In this document: in pieces, positions 42,101-52,071 of the stretch | Layout: every line of letters begins with the position of its first letter | Numbering within the stretch: the stretch's first letter is position 1 | Made by a program: the position numbers and the translations under genes | Notes under the pieces: generated by a model | The model's input: the letters and a program-made list of their open reading frames with translations, nothing else | What the model was told of the DNA's origin: nothing | The model's database searches: none | Source of the DNA: Methanobacteriota archaeon | GTDB taxonomy: Archaea; Thermoplasmatota; Thermoplasmata; SG8-5; JAGLSY01 | Length of the DNA: 64,000 bases | Direction: 5' to 3' | NCBI GenBank assembly: GCA_020697715.1 | Contig: JAEHCO010000001.1 | Location: 874,149 to 938,148, forward strand

Positions 42101-45100
42101 GTATCCATCCGGATTCCAGGCAGTGTATGCGATAGCGAGCCTGCCTTCATATACACCTGTTGTTGCCCTTGTTATTCCTACAAAACCTGGACCCCATGAA
42201 TCCTCAGATATTGGTATTGGATTACTCCATGTCACACCAGCATCATCGGATATGGTGAAGTACACCTTGTCACCGAACTGCCCGTCCTGAATGTAAGCAC
42301 ATGCGACATAATCATTGCCGCCTGATTCCCAGGAGACGAATGAAGGAGCTTCCTCGTGCATTGGTGAATCAGCTATCTTCCAGGTATTCGGTGTCTCGGC
42401 TGTGACAACATCCACCTGGAACTTGATACTGGACTGTGCGATAGGCGCTGAAACATCATTGTCTGAGATCGCTTGTATCTCTATGGTATAAGTTCCTTCT
42501 GTGACTATTCCACCCACATCGATGATCGCATATCCCCGAACTCTCTCACCTGCATTCACAGAAACAGGTGAAGATGGGATGAAGGATACTACGAAGAAGG
42601 GTGGAATTGTGGGTGTACTCATGGTGTACTGGTCATCGGTTGCTCCGCCATTGTTTATCCAATATGGCACAATGACACTCCCGCCTGGAGCTGCTTTGAA
42701 TATGCCTTCACCAAAGTCATCCCTTTCCTGAATTATCCTTGGGGTGTCCAGGGTCATACTGACCTTGTAGGTGTTGTCAGGTGCATTGACATCCGATGCA
42801 GGGTCCATGCCGCCTGTAACGGCAATATCGAATGGGTAAGCGCTGCCTGATTCCCAATACACCCGGATATCCCAGGTTCCGGCCATTGGTCTTTCTATCC
42901 TGATGACCTCGACATTGTTTATGTCATCTCCACCATTGTTATTGGTATCAAAATCATAATCATCTTCATCTATCCAGCTGGGGAAAGAGGCATTTGCCCA
43001 ATCTGCAGGTACTGAAATTGGTGTTGACCAGGCCTCTGAAAATGCATTACCTTCATACCTGGTGCCATCTGGTGCAATGGCAACAAGGTTGTAATTGGTC
43101 GAAAGCACTCCTGTCCCGACCGAATCCCAATGGGACATCGTGATCTTCAGTGGAATTGATTCATCTATCACAGTGAGGTCCATCTGTGTCGACGCATCCC
43201 AGTTACCTGATGATATTCCGTCATGATGATACCACTGGAGGGTGTTTGGAGCTGGTGGGCAGATGGAGTTCCGAACATTCACCCTGCCCCATCCCTGGGC
43301 ATAACTTGGATATCCATATCCGATATCCACTGCACCATGTATAAGTAAATTCTTAATGACATTGGCATGAGGACTGGCAAAACCTTGAACATCTTCCAGA
43401 TAGTCCCGGATAAGAGCGGCATCGCCCGCGGTCGCGGCCACAGCCACGGAGGTACCTTCCATAGTTGTGTAATCCCCTAATCCATCGCCGTCCTCATCTA
43501 TCAAACCCAAGTCATCATAAAGACCTGGAAGTTCCCATTCACTAACATCATCAGATCTGACAGAGTAAACACCTGAGCCTGTTTCTACGATATCTGGTTT
43601 CACTCTTAGATCAGTACCGGATACCGGGCCCCTGCTACTGTCCTCCCAAACCTGATTGGGGTCATCGCTGTTGTCAAATTGTGTCGGCCTAAGATTTTCA
43701 CTAGCTCCTATACCCAGAACCAATTTTCCTGTTGCCATTCCGCCGATCGAACTGGCTTTTGGCCCTTCACTGCCAGCAGGGAAGATCATCAATGCTCCAG
43801 GGTTTGCCGCCATGAACGTATCTCCTGTTGAGTCATATCCAACAAAGGGACCTGATCCCCAGCTATTGCTGAATATCCTGGCTCCATAGGTGTAACCAGC
43901 TGACCACTCTGTTGAGACCAGGCCAGCTCTGAAGTAGATTGTTGCTTCAGGTGCTCTGCCAGCGAATCCAGCTCTGTCTGGTCTTCCTCTAGGATTTGAG
44001 CTTGCTAATTCATTGTAAACTCTATCTGAAGAACTTAGTCCGAGATAATCCTCCATCGACCCGCCATTGCCAGCAGCTACTCCGGTCATGAAAGTACCGT
44101 GAAAGCCTGGGTCAGATGTCGAGTCTGGGTTCACAAGCCTGTTACCCCAAGGTCCTTGAGTGAAATCCTTGTGTGTTGCGTCAATTCCAGTATCCTGAAC
44201 ATGGATGATCTGACCTTGACCCATTATGTCCTGAGGCAGATTGGAAACATCCTGATCCCACAGGTCCCAGGCATTTGATATTCGACCGCCCACATTGCCC
44301 ATTGGTTTCATTTCAGGAACATGATCTATCGAGGATATCGAATCAAGCTTGGCCACATTGACAAGCTTGTCTGAGTCTATCCGGCAAATGACACTGCCAT
44401 ATCCGCTGTCTTCTATTTCCGAGGCTCCCAAACCTTTCAATCTATATTCAATTTCAGAGATCTCTGAATCTGGAAATGCATAGGCCTCTATTTTCACCAG
44501 GCCGGTCATATCCTTGAGAATATCCCGAACCTTGAACTCTGATTCATATGGCCCTATCCATTGGACATGGTCCAATTTTTGCACCATAGACTGTTGTTCT
44601 GGTGTCAGCCTTGCAACCACCATGTCATTGCCTATTTGCCTCAATATGCGGCCAGAAATGCTTTCGATCTCACCAAGCCAGTCATCTGAAAAAGGAATTA
44701 TGAACTTTATCATGTAAGCATTTGATACTGGGTTCTTCCATTCAGGTCTTGCATCATATCCCTCTTTGATATTGAAGGATATGCCTTGCTCCATCAGCAT
44801 GATCTGATGGTTCTCAGGAACTGGGTCAACCTGCATGATATTGGTCAGCTTTCCTTTCTGGCTTGCTGTGACCCAGGCATATGAACCAAATTCACCTTCT
44901 CTGAATATATCCGCACCCTGATCTTTTGCGATATTTTTATAATCTGCCACATCAGAGCTCAGGAACACCATCTCTCTTGCCATATCTGATGTTCTATCTG
45001 AATATCCAGTACTTGGTACTGCCATTACAGGTACCAACATCGCTATGGCTAATAAAATCGAAAAAACAATGCCCACTCTCTCTGTGTGATATTTCCCCAC
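39119..45100 (-). CDS. Secreted S8 subtilase, 1993 aa, with an Asp-box (BNR) beta-propeller-like region
   Basis: Triad VQDTG / FHGTF / EGTSVA; Asp-boxes SDDAGVTW, SSDGGATW and TDDGGDSF; ends WTVDW. Confidence 0.88.
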   Translation of the reverse strand: MGKYHTERVGIVFSILLAIAMLVPVMAVPSTGYSDRTSDMAREMVFLSSDVADYKNIAKDQGADIFREGEFGSYAWVTASQKGKLTNIMQVDPVPENHQIMLMEQGISFNIKEGYDARPEWKNPVSNAYMIKFIIPFSDDWLGEIESISGRILRQIGNDMVVARLTPEQQSMVQKLDHVQWIGPYESEFKVRDILKDMTGLVKIEAYAFPDSEISEIEYRLKGLGASEIEDSGYGSVICRIDSDKLVNVAKLDSISSIDHVPEMKPMGNVGGRISNAWDLWDQDVSNLPQDIMGQGQIIHVQDTGIDATHKDFTQGPWGNRLVNPDSTSDPGFHGTFMTGVAAGNGGSMEDYLGLSSSDRVYNELASSNPRGRPDRAGFAGRAPEATIYFRAGLVSTEWSAGYTYGARIFSNSWGSGPFVGYDSTGDTFMAANPGALMIFPAGSEGPKASSIGGMATGKLVLGIGASENLRPTQFDNSDDPNQVWEDSSRGPVSGTDLRVKPDIVETGSGVYSVRSDDVSEWELPGLYDDLGLIDEDGDGLGDYTTMEGTSVAVAATAGDAALIRDYLEDVQGFASPHANVIKNLLIHGAVDIGYGYPSYAQGWGRVNVRNSICPPAPNTLQWYHHDGISSGNWDASTQMDLTVIDESIPLKITMSHWDSVGTGVLSTNYNLVAIAPDGTRYEGNAFSEAWSTPISVPADWANASFPSWIDEDDYDFDTNNNGGDDINNVEVIRIERPMAGTWDIRVYWESGSAYPFDIAVTGGMDPASDVNAPDNTYKVSMTLDTPRIIQERDDFGEGIFKAAPGGSVIVPYWINNGGATDDQYTMSTPTIPPFFVVSFIPSSPVSVNAGERVRGYAIIDVGGIVTEGTYTIEIQAISDNDVSAPIAQSSIKFQVDVVTAETPNTWKIADSPMHEEAPSFVSWESGGNDYVACAYIQDGQFGDKVYFTISDDAGVTWSNPIPISEDSWGPGFVGITRATTGVYEGRLAIAYTAWNPDGYGGSLADTRSGYVKVHYADAPYTTWTLSNAFIEGEGVVSAGRDTYRTTNIVWYPNGDQFYLIVEDFGYSSTDIGTASLVSISAIGKSSSDGGATWSALTRIDPGVVGMYYFFPHAYTDHLGNIALWYYERDSGEAAQDRDATFQYYTGSWSSMKTALNSPDNLMFPQGVSANQGVNGNRNYGAYLKGANTDGDRSVIVMWTDDGGDSFDNNANLGYGPYGPVASDHDYGSRFLLDMDYTVDDYMYVFMHRNARYDPYGQTNLLMFYDDDYTGGVATKVQYLTLDSYTKGKQRSASWENSNTVLIAQNQFVKEGGQDIVAMHVYNGWDTEPDILGPITEQAFTDKVFCSPGEIVMVMANVQDWQTGGNNIAAVQYKTDVNPIPVSMTPADGLFSSPAEAAVSGAHIDTTGWVGGWHKIWVQGQDDQGNWGDWTETEILIDAPRRPDEPTNPDPYDGELDVPVSKAFSVDVSDYESDPMNIVFYWSPSDTPFASVVGVASGATATTSAIALLSETTYNWYAIATDATGSTQSDTWTFTTIDTTPPVPVTGLTVEYDGPAGSSTVEQRYLTTTAVNVNGLAADSLDLTQSITATNTGNMGNRVPVYAGIRVWQRSSAGVETEITSGTAVGIASRLVQSEGINTATWTPPVTPLDAGDSIVVRLYVSTSSPPTTLRETFTTNVLGATQLDASAWTCSYYLKVAGLAQVGSMAEWGSAARNTNIAGFSWTVDGDPTDHNTVSWTESVSPDVEQYNIYRSDTAIGPWTLMDTVPSGTTSWVDMGAGMADATLWWYIVRAEDFSSNEDTNTNSVPEFSPQPPYYDIDTSAASPGDWIFVSFPITASGDVLTVFDDANWGNGDTEWEVIVWYDPTDADHWKTYDKAQATAGIAQDLPDVNNTMGMWVKLSLAGTELTVGEGFIPISTTNFDLQTGWNLIGYPAQDDSIYDVLDLKTATGATKVEGYGPGPYNIITLDDNYVLQRGEAYWVYVSSDITWTVDW

Positions 45101-45200
45101 TTATCTCTCTCCTTCATTGAATTATATGTATATGGTATTCATTTCTATTTATACCTACGGTTAATGATGGTTTAGTAAAAAGATAATATAAATTGAAAAT

Positions 45201-45225
45201 ATGAGAGAGTCGAAAGTCCTCTCAT
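45201..45225 (-). terminator. Conserved array terminator hairpin (imperfect)
   Basis: atgagagagtcgaaagtcctctcat; its flank is nearly identical to 39066-39095. Confidence 0.65.
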
Positions 45226-45246
45226 TCATATTTCGCTATGGCAGTT

Positions 45247-47058
45247 CTAAGGTATTATCCAGGTATAGACTCCAGTCGAGTACACCCAGTAAGCTTGTCC
45301 TATCTGGAATTCATCTACGTCGGGCATTATCTCCATATGGTATGCCGCAGCATCATTGAACCTCTCAACAGATGTCACCAAACCACCAGAATCCGCTTTC
45401 AGGTCGCCAGCAGTGTAACCTTCTGTCTGTGATGGGAAGCCCACCATATTCCATCCAGCCTGCAGCTGGATGCTGGTTCCTGATGGTTCAAATCCTTCTC
45501 CGACTGTCAGGAATGGATCATCAGCTCCACCACCCGCATTAATAATTCGTACCCATAGCCCCATCTTATTGTCCACGTTTGGCATATCCTGGGGTATGCC
45601 AGCAGTTGCTTGGGCTATGCTATAGGATTTCCAATGGTCGATCGGATCAGTTGGATCATACCAATGGATCATGTTCCATGTGGTTCCTCCATCACCCCAT
45701 GCTGCGTCATCTATGACCGTCAGTACATCCCCTGTGATATCTGTCGGGAATGAGACAAAGACCCATTGCTTGTCAGAAGCTCCTATCAGATCGATATCAT
45801 ATACATGTGCCGTAGCATATATGATGGTCACATCTGGTGTTCCAGGTGCTGCCTCGGTCTGTGGTGAATTATCTGATGCCATGGTGTATATATCATATGT
45901 TCCTGGGCCATCCGGGAAGTCAAAGCTCCAGGAACCACTGGCCACGGTTCCCGCTATCATAGCTGGATCATTTGCATCTTCCCATGATGCATAGCCACTG
46001 CCATCGAATTGATAGAATAATTCGATCTGTGTCAGATATATATCGTCTGTTGCTGACCAGTCGATCATAACTGTATTGGCGGATGTTGGGGATGCTCCAG
46101 TGTAGGATGCTGATGAAACAGGTGCTGAATCAGGTATATATATTGGCTCTGGCACAGAATTGGTGTTCGCATCTTCGTTTCCAATAATATCCTCCGCTCT
46201 TACCACGTACCACCACTGAATTCCGTCTGGAATTCCCATGAAAAAGTCTGTGTATGTATCTGTACCTGCTGGAACACTGTCTATCAGGGAACCAGCATCC
46301 CATGGGCCGTCGGGGTCAATAGATCTGTAAATATTGTATTGAAGTATATTATCTGCTCCAGCTCCATCGTCTCCGTCCAAGGTCCAATTAAGTGTATTAT
46401 GGTCGGTTGGGACATTGGGGTTTCCACCAAGTATGTACATATGATCTATGAGTATACTGTCAGCCCAGGTCTTATCGGTCCCATCTACTACTGTATCAAT
46501 GAAGGTTACATCGACGATATCCCCTGGCGCGACTCCTGTAAGCAATGCCGATGTGTAGGCATCTGTGTCCGATGGCATGGTCACAGAACCTGCACTTTCT
46601 ATCGCTCCTCCATTAACTGAATATGATATCGCCATCTCTTCAGATGATGTGTAGGCATCCAGGTATAAAGTGTATGGTCCAGTTCCTGAAGGGTCGATGT
46701 TTATTGTATATGTGATATTAAGTCGGTATTTCCGGCCTCCACCGCCAGTACGCACTTCATCTGTCCTGTCATGTGTATCATCCTGCGTATTGGTGTTTGT
46801 GTGATTGGTAGAAGATTCGCCTGTTGTTATTAATTTTGAAACAGTTATGTCTTCTGTATTTGTCACCACACCCCACCACTCGACCGTCAGGTCACTGGCC
46901 AATATCATGTCTCCATCTATGGAACTGATATTGGTGATCGGCCCGCCTACATGATATTCTACTAGGCTCATCGAGTTTGCTGACACCAGCAAACTAATTG
47001 ATATTACAAATACGAATGTCAAGCCCACAAATTTATTGCCCATTTTCCAACTCCTCAT
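45247..47058 (-). CDS. Secreted non-catalytic array member, 603 aa (FN3-like with insert, Ig-like module, shared C-terminal domain)
   Basis: Signal peptide resembles that of 51656-55288; no S8 domain; C-terminal half closely resembles 47282-51415. Confidence 0.8.
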   Translation of the reverse strand: MRSWKMGNKFVGLTFVFVISISLLVSANSMSLVEYHVGGPITNISSIDGDMILASDLTVEWWGVVTNTEDITVSKLITTGESSTNHTNTNTQDDTHDRTDEVRTGGGGRKYRLNITYTINIDPSGTGPYTLYLDAYTSSEEMAISYSVNGGAIESAGSVTMPSDTDAYTSALLTGVAPGDIVDVTFIDTVVDGTDKTWADSILIDHMYILGGNPNVPTDHNTLNWTLDGDDGAGADNILQYNIYRSIDPDGPWDAGSLIDSVPAGTDTYTDFFMGIPDGIQWWYVVRAEDIIGNEDANTNSVPEPIYIPDSAPVSSASYTGASPTSANTVMIDWSATDDIYLTQIELFYQFDGSGYASWEDANDPAMIAGTVASGSWSFDFPDGPGTYDIYTMASDNSPQTEAAPGTPDVTIIYATAHVYDIDLIGASDKQWVFVSFPTDITGDVLTVIDDAAWGDGGTTWNMIHWYDPTDPIDHWKSYSIAQATAGIPQDMPNVDNKMGLWVRIINAGGGADDPFLTVGEGFEPSGTSIQLQAGWNMVGFPSQTEGYTAGDLKADSGGLVTSVERFNDAAAYHMEIMPDVDEFQIGQAYWVYSTGVYTWIIP

Positions 47059-47235
47059 TCATTTATCACTAAATGACGTCCTATATATTTAAAAATGTCC
47101 TATATATAAGTATTGAGCAAAACACCGACTTATACACCATCGCATTAACAATCGATGACCATCCATCTCGGTGCAGATTCACAGATATGGAAAGTTAAAT
47201 CAGTGTTGTGAAATTATGGATAAAAATTGAAAAAG

Positions 47236-47259
47236 TGAGAGAGCCCGAAAGCCCTCTCA
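47236..47259 (-). terminator. Conserved array terminator hairpin
   Basis: tgagagagc-ccgaaa-gccctctca. Confidence 0.7.
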
Positions 47260-47281
47260 TTCATATTTCGTTATGGCAGCC

Positions 47282-50200
47282 CTAAGGTATGTTCCATGCA
47301 TAAGCTCCAGTCGAGTACACCCAGTAGGCCTGTCCTATCTGGAATGCATCCCCATTGGGCATGGTCTCGATATTGTAAGCCGCGGCATCATTGAACCTCT
47401 CTATCGAGGTCACCATTCCTCCAGTTGCGGCTATCAGATCGCCCGCGGTGTACCCCTCGGTCTGTGATGGGAAGCCCACCATGTTCCAGCCAGCCACCAG
47501 GTTTATTGTGGTTCCAGATGGATCAAATCCTTCTCCAACTGTCAGGAACACATCATCTGGTGGTCCGCCTGCATTTACCAGGTGCACCCACAATCCCATT
47601 GTGTTGTCTAGATTTGGCAGGTCTTGTGTGAGACCAGCCGCTGCCTGTGCCTTGTCATATGCTTTCCAGTGGTCCGTAGGGTCTGTTGGGTCATACCACA
47701 TTGTGGCATCCCATGTTGTTCCGCCGTCACCCCATGCTGCGTCATCGATCAAGGTCAGGACATCCCCTGTTACATCTATTGGGAATGATATGAAGACCCA
47801 TGAATTATCGCTAGCTCCGGTCAGATCGATGTCGTAGACCTGGATCGGTATGTATAAGATAGTCACATCTGGAGTTCCAGGTGCGCCCTCGGTCTGTGGG
47901 AGATCATCGGTCGCCCTGGTGTAGAAGTCATATGTTCCAGCACCATCCGGGAAGTCAAAGCTCCAGGAGCCCGAGTCTGCGGTTCCTGACGCAGTTGCTG
48001 GGTTAGTGCCATCGGCCCATGAGGAATAGCCACCACTGTCGAACTGGTAATATAGTTCGACCTGTGTGAGATCAATGTCATCGGTCGCGGCCCAGTTGAT
48101 CGTAACTGGATTATTGGGTGTTGGTGATGCTCCAGCATAGGATGCTGATGAAACAGGTGCAGAATCAGGTACTGAGCCGGGTTCTGGCACTGCATTTGTG
48201 TTTGTATCTTCATTGCCAGCTCCGTCCTCTCCTCTCACGATGTACCACCACTGTGTTCCATCTGACATTCCACGGTCAATGTCTATGTAGGTGTCTGTAC
48301 CGGCTGGCACAGTGTCTATGACTGACCATGGTCCACCAGAATTATCAGCTCTATAGATATTGTAACCTACAACATCATCAGCTCCTGCGCCATCATCACC
48401 AGACAATGTCCAGTTCACTGCATTGTGATCTGTTGATGTTGACATGGCTGACCATGTGAAGCCCTCTATCCTGGTATTAGCTGTAGTAGAGCCCCAGGAC
48501 ACCCTATCCGCATTGTTCCTCTCAGATAGGTAAGAATAGAAGGTCCAAGTGGCTGCATCCAATTGTGTCGCGCCCAGTACCTCGGTTGTGAAGGTCTCCA
48601 CCAGAGTGGTGGGTGGACTGGATCCACCACAATACCATTCCACCACTATGGAATCTGTGTCTGATACTGTGGTCTGCGGACAATCCCATGTCGCGCTCAC
48701 TGTTGCAGTCGTGGATGTACTGGCTATGGCAACAGGACTACCGCCTGTTATCTCCGTCATTGCGCCTCCACTGGCCCGGGAGTATATCCTAATTCCTGAA
48801 TAGATCGTACTGGTGCTTGATAATGTCACTGTTTGAGTGGTCGCACTCTGTGATGTTCCCAGGGAATCACACGTCAATCCATTCACAGTTGCCGAGTCCG
48901 ATCTCATGAACCGAGTCTCGGTAGATCCCGCTGATGGTGCCCACCATTCGACAGTAAGTCCGCTGGTGGGAGCCACGCCCGCATCCACAGTTGCTGTATC
49001 GGTCACGGTCGCGGGTCCACTCCCATCAAATGCATCATTGTAGGTCGCGGTTATCAGGTCTCCATGTGATACCTGAAGGATACCGCCTCCATCTGTTTGG
49101 GAAAGTGTTAGTGTTCCAACAAAGACACTGGTATCTCCACCAGTCTCTGTCAAGGTCACACTCTCTCCGCCTGGCTCTGAGGTAGATGTCACGGTTATCG
49201 TGGTCGTCTGGACATTCGTATTTGTGTTGAGGTCCGTGTCGCCAACAGTTATTGTGGCTGTATCCTCTCCAGCATATACATTCTGATCCAGATCGACGGT
49301 TCCCTTCTCGGACACATCTTCGCAGTTGTACATGACCAGTGAGTAATCCTGGTCATTGGATCCGTCATTGTCACAGTCTGCTATTATGTTCGTTCCTATG
49401 ATACGGACTGTGTACTGGCCAACTTCGAGTTGGCCCGGTGAGAAGTAAACACACTCGACATTGTTCCTGTCATCGTATCCATCTTGATTGGTGTCGAAGG
49501 TGGTGCTTGGGTTGCCAGTGGTGGAATATCCACCACTGAAGGCATTACCGTGGTATATTGTTCCCAATGGGCTCTCAACTTCCAGATTCACCTGGTTCTG
49601 AAGGGTTATAGTTGCACCGCTCTCAGCGTAGGCGTCTGTGTATACCAGTGTGATCTTTACAGGCTCTGATGGGTCAACATATGAGAATGTGTAGCTATCT
49701 ATGTCAATGGGATTATCGGGTATCAGCTCACCTGGATCCTGAAATATCATGAATGGTGCTGCCTGGTCAATTATTGGCATTATGTTCATTCTTCCCCAGC
49801 CTTCATTCTGGTTTGGTATATCCGCTGTGCCGAAATCCTCTGCTGTGTTGATCATAAGTGCCTTCACGGTTGCTGGTGTGGGTGCCATTCCATATGTGTA
49901 ATCATACCATTCATAGACCACTGCACCGCCGCCTGCTGCTCCTGGGCAGGACTGGCTTGTTCCCGTGCACCAGGTATATCGGTCATCTGGTGTATAATCA
50001 CCAAACAGTCCCTCATTGACCAGGGGGCTGCTGAGCGATAAAGTGTTCTGTCCAGGTGTTAGGATATCTGGCTTGATCCTGCCATCATCTGTCCATCCTC
50101 TTGAACTGCTGGCATACATGAGATCTGGACTAGTTGCATCAATGGAGTATGTATTACCATAAGAGTCCGCATCCGGCGCATAGTTCTGTACTCCACCCAC

Positions 50201-51415
50201 TGTTATTATGTTCTTGGCATTTCCTGGGCTTCCAATAGTGTTAGTTCCTGAGCCTGAATTTCCAGCTGAAGTGAATACGACCATCTGTTGGTTACCGGCT
50301 GTGCCTGGGTCAGCATCCCTCACTGCCTGGTCAAAGGCTGTATCCGCGGCCCCATAAGCACCGCCTGATGTGGATCCCCATGAATTGGTATGGATCTGTG
50401 CTCCGCCGGTCCATCCCTGATAAATGATATCTTTGTAATCTGCAGGACCACACCAGGATGCTGAGGATCCCTCGAAGATCTGCTCTACATATATATCTGA
50501 TTGTGAAGCAAGACCCTGACCCACATAGTAGGCTCCGAATCCAGCATATGTGACACCATTGCCGTTATAGGTATCACCAGCTGCCAGGCCTATGCAGTGT
50601 GTTCCGTGACCGTGTTCGTCCTGCCAGCCACCGGTTCCGAAATCATGACCTCCGATAACACGGCCAGTTAGATCATTATGGCCGCCATTTGGGGTAGATC
50701 CGTCGCCAAGACCAGTATCTGCGATAGCGATCGTCACACCTGCACCGTACCAGCCCAGCTGGTTGACATGAGAGCCGTAATCATCTAGGGCTCTGTAAGG
50801 CGTGTTCATGTTCGCATCATCATCGTATACCCAGGCTCCGCCGCCGCCGATTTGGACAGCGATCTCGCTGTGAAGTTCCTCGGGGTAATATGGCTCAATG
50901 AAATGAACATCCATGAATGAAGCGATAGAGTTCAGATCATTCATATTGTTCATCCTGGCCTTCAGGATGTAACCCATATCTGTGTAATCCTCATCAATGA
51001 CACTAACTAGTCCGGCCAATGAGTCCAGTGTGTCCTCCATGGTGTCAGAATTGGTAAGTGTGATTATCACGTCATTCCCATTGGCTGCGATATCTGGAGA
51101 TATTTTGAGTTCCAATGGATATTCCTGTGCATATTCCACAAAGCTCAGATCCTCGATGGTCTGTAATTCTTTATAGGATAACTTTGCTTCATATCCCTGA
51201 CCTGGAAGATAGGTTATTATCTCTATCCCTGCCTGATCCAGTGCATTCTGCCATTCAATAAGAACTGGCTCTTCCATATTGATAATGAAATTCCTCTTTC
51301 CCTGAAATGCCTCTGTATCCATATCCAATGTTGCCGCTCCAGCTGGTAATAGCATAAAAGCCGCTACACATATCGATAATAACACGCCCACATAATTGTT
51401 ACTAATTTTATTCAT
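47282..51415 (-). CDS. Secreted S8 subtilase, ~1377 aa
   Basis: Triad IADTG / HGHGTH / TGTSQS and oxyanion SAGNSG. Start taken at MNKISNN (51415) after GGAGAGG. Ends WNIP. Confidence 0.9.
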   Translation of the reverse strand: MNKISNNYVGVLLSICVAAFMLLPAGAATLDMDTEAFQGKRNFIINMEEPVLIEWQNALDQAGIEIITYLPGQGYEAKLSYKELQTIEDLSFVEYAQEYPLELKISPDIAANGNDVIITLTNSDTMEDTLDSLAGLVSVIDEDYTDMGYILKARMNNMNDLNSIASFMDVHFIEPYYPEELHSEIAVQIGGGGAWVYDDDANMNTPYRALDDYGSHVNQLGWYGAGVTIAIADTGLGDGSTPNGGHNDLTGRVIGGHDFGTGGWQDEHGHGTHCIGLAAGDTYNGNGVTYAGFGAYYVGQGLASQSDIYVEQIFEGSSASWCGPADYKDIIYQGWTGGAQIHTNSWGSTSGGAYGAADTAFDQAVRDADPGTAGNQQMVVFTSAGNSGSGTNTIGSPGNAKNIITVGGVQNYAPDADSYGNTYSIDATSPDLMYASSSRGWTDDGRIKPDILTPGQNTLSLSSPLVNEGLFGDYTPDDRYTWCTGTSQSCPGAAGGGAVVYEWYDYTYGMAPTPATVKALMINTAEDFGTADIPNQNEGWGRMNIMPIIDQAAPFMIFQDPGELIPDNPIDIDSYTFSYVDPSEPVKITLVYTDAYAESGATITLQNQVNLEVESPLGTIYHGNAFSGGYSTTGNPSTTFDTNQDGYDDRNNVECVYFSPGQLEVGQYTVRIIGTNIIADCDNDGSNDQDYSLVMYNCEDVSEKGTVDLDQNVYAGEDTATITVGDTDLNTNTNVQTTTITVTSTSEPGGESVTLTETGGDTSVFVGTLTLSQTDGGGILQVSHGDLITATYNDAFDGSGPATVTDTATVDAGVAPTSGLTVEWWAPSAGSTETRFMRSDSATVNGLTCDSLGTSQSATTQTVTLSSTSTIYSGIRIYSRASGGAMTEITGGSPVAIASTSTTATVSATWDCPQTTVSDTDSIVVEWYCGGSSPPTTLVETFTTEVLGATQLDAATWTFYSYLSERNNADRVSWGSTTANTRIEGFTWSAMSTSTDHNAVNWTLSGDDGAGADDVVGYNIYRADNSGGPWSVIDTVPAGTDTYIDIDRGMSDGTQWWYIVRGEDGAGNEDTNTNAVPEPGSVPDSAPVSSASYAGASPTPNNPVTINWAATDDIDLTQVELYYQFDSGGYSSWADGTNPATASGTADSGSWSFDFPDGAGTYDFYTRATDDLPQTEGAPGTPDVTILYIPIQVYDIDLTGASDNSWVFISFPIDVTGDVLTLIDDAAWGDGGTTWDATMWYDPTDPTDHWKAYDKAQAAAGLTQDLPNLDNTMGLWVHLVNAGGPPDDVFLTVGEGFDPSGTTINLVAGWNMVGFPSQTEGYTAGDLIAATGGMVTSIERFNDAAAYNIETMPNGDAFQIGQAYWVYSTGAYAWNIP

Positions 51416-51613
51416 CTTCAAACCTCTCCATTTAACGAATAAAGTGAATGTTGCCCACATCACTCCAACGATCTTAGTACATTTCCTATATTTTCAGAAA
51501 TCCACATCGATTTATTTATAGTTAAGCTTTTTGGTATATAGTATATATAGATATGTAATTTGTATGATAAATAAGATATATTATCAGACGAATAATGTCA
51601 AAAATGTAAAAAT

Positions 51614-51637
51614 TGAGAGGGTTGTTAAGCCCTCTCA
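51614..51637 (-). terminator. Conserved array terminator hairpin
   Basis: tgagagggtt-gtta-agccctctca. Confidence 0.7.
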
Positions 51638-51654
51638 TTTTGCTTTGTCAGTCG

Positions 51655-52071
51655 CTTACCAGTCCACAGTCCATATTGTTCCACTGCCGACCTTCACCCA
51701 GTACGCCTCACCACGCTGTAGGACATAGTTATTCGCCAGTGTGATGATATTGTATGGCCCAGCACCGTAGCCCTCAACAGAGGTTGCTCCAGTATCTGCT
51801 TTGAGATCGCCAACATCATATGATGAATCATCCTGGGCGGGATAACCAATTAGGTTCCAACCAGTGTTCAGAGTGATGTCTGTATTTGTTGGTTCTTGAC
51901 CCTCTCCGACACTCAGGAGTGCTCCGGCTGTTGTGAGCTTCACCCACATGCCCTTCGCATTGTCCACGGATGGCATATCCTGTGCTAATCCTGCAGCGAA
52001 CTGTGCCTTGTCATAGGTCTTCCAATGGTCAGAAGCATCTGCTGGATCGTACCAGCAAACAACTTCCCATG
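51655..52071. repeat. 417-bp exact direct repeat, copy 2
   Basis: Identical to 34986-35402 (offset 16669). Confidence 0.85.
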
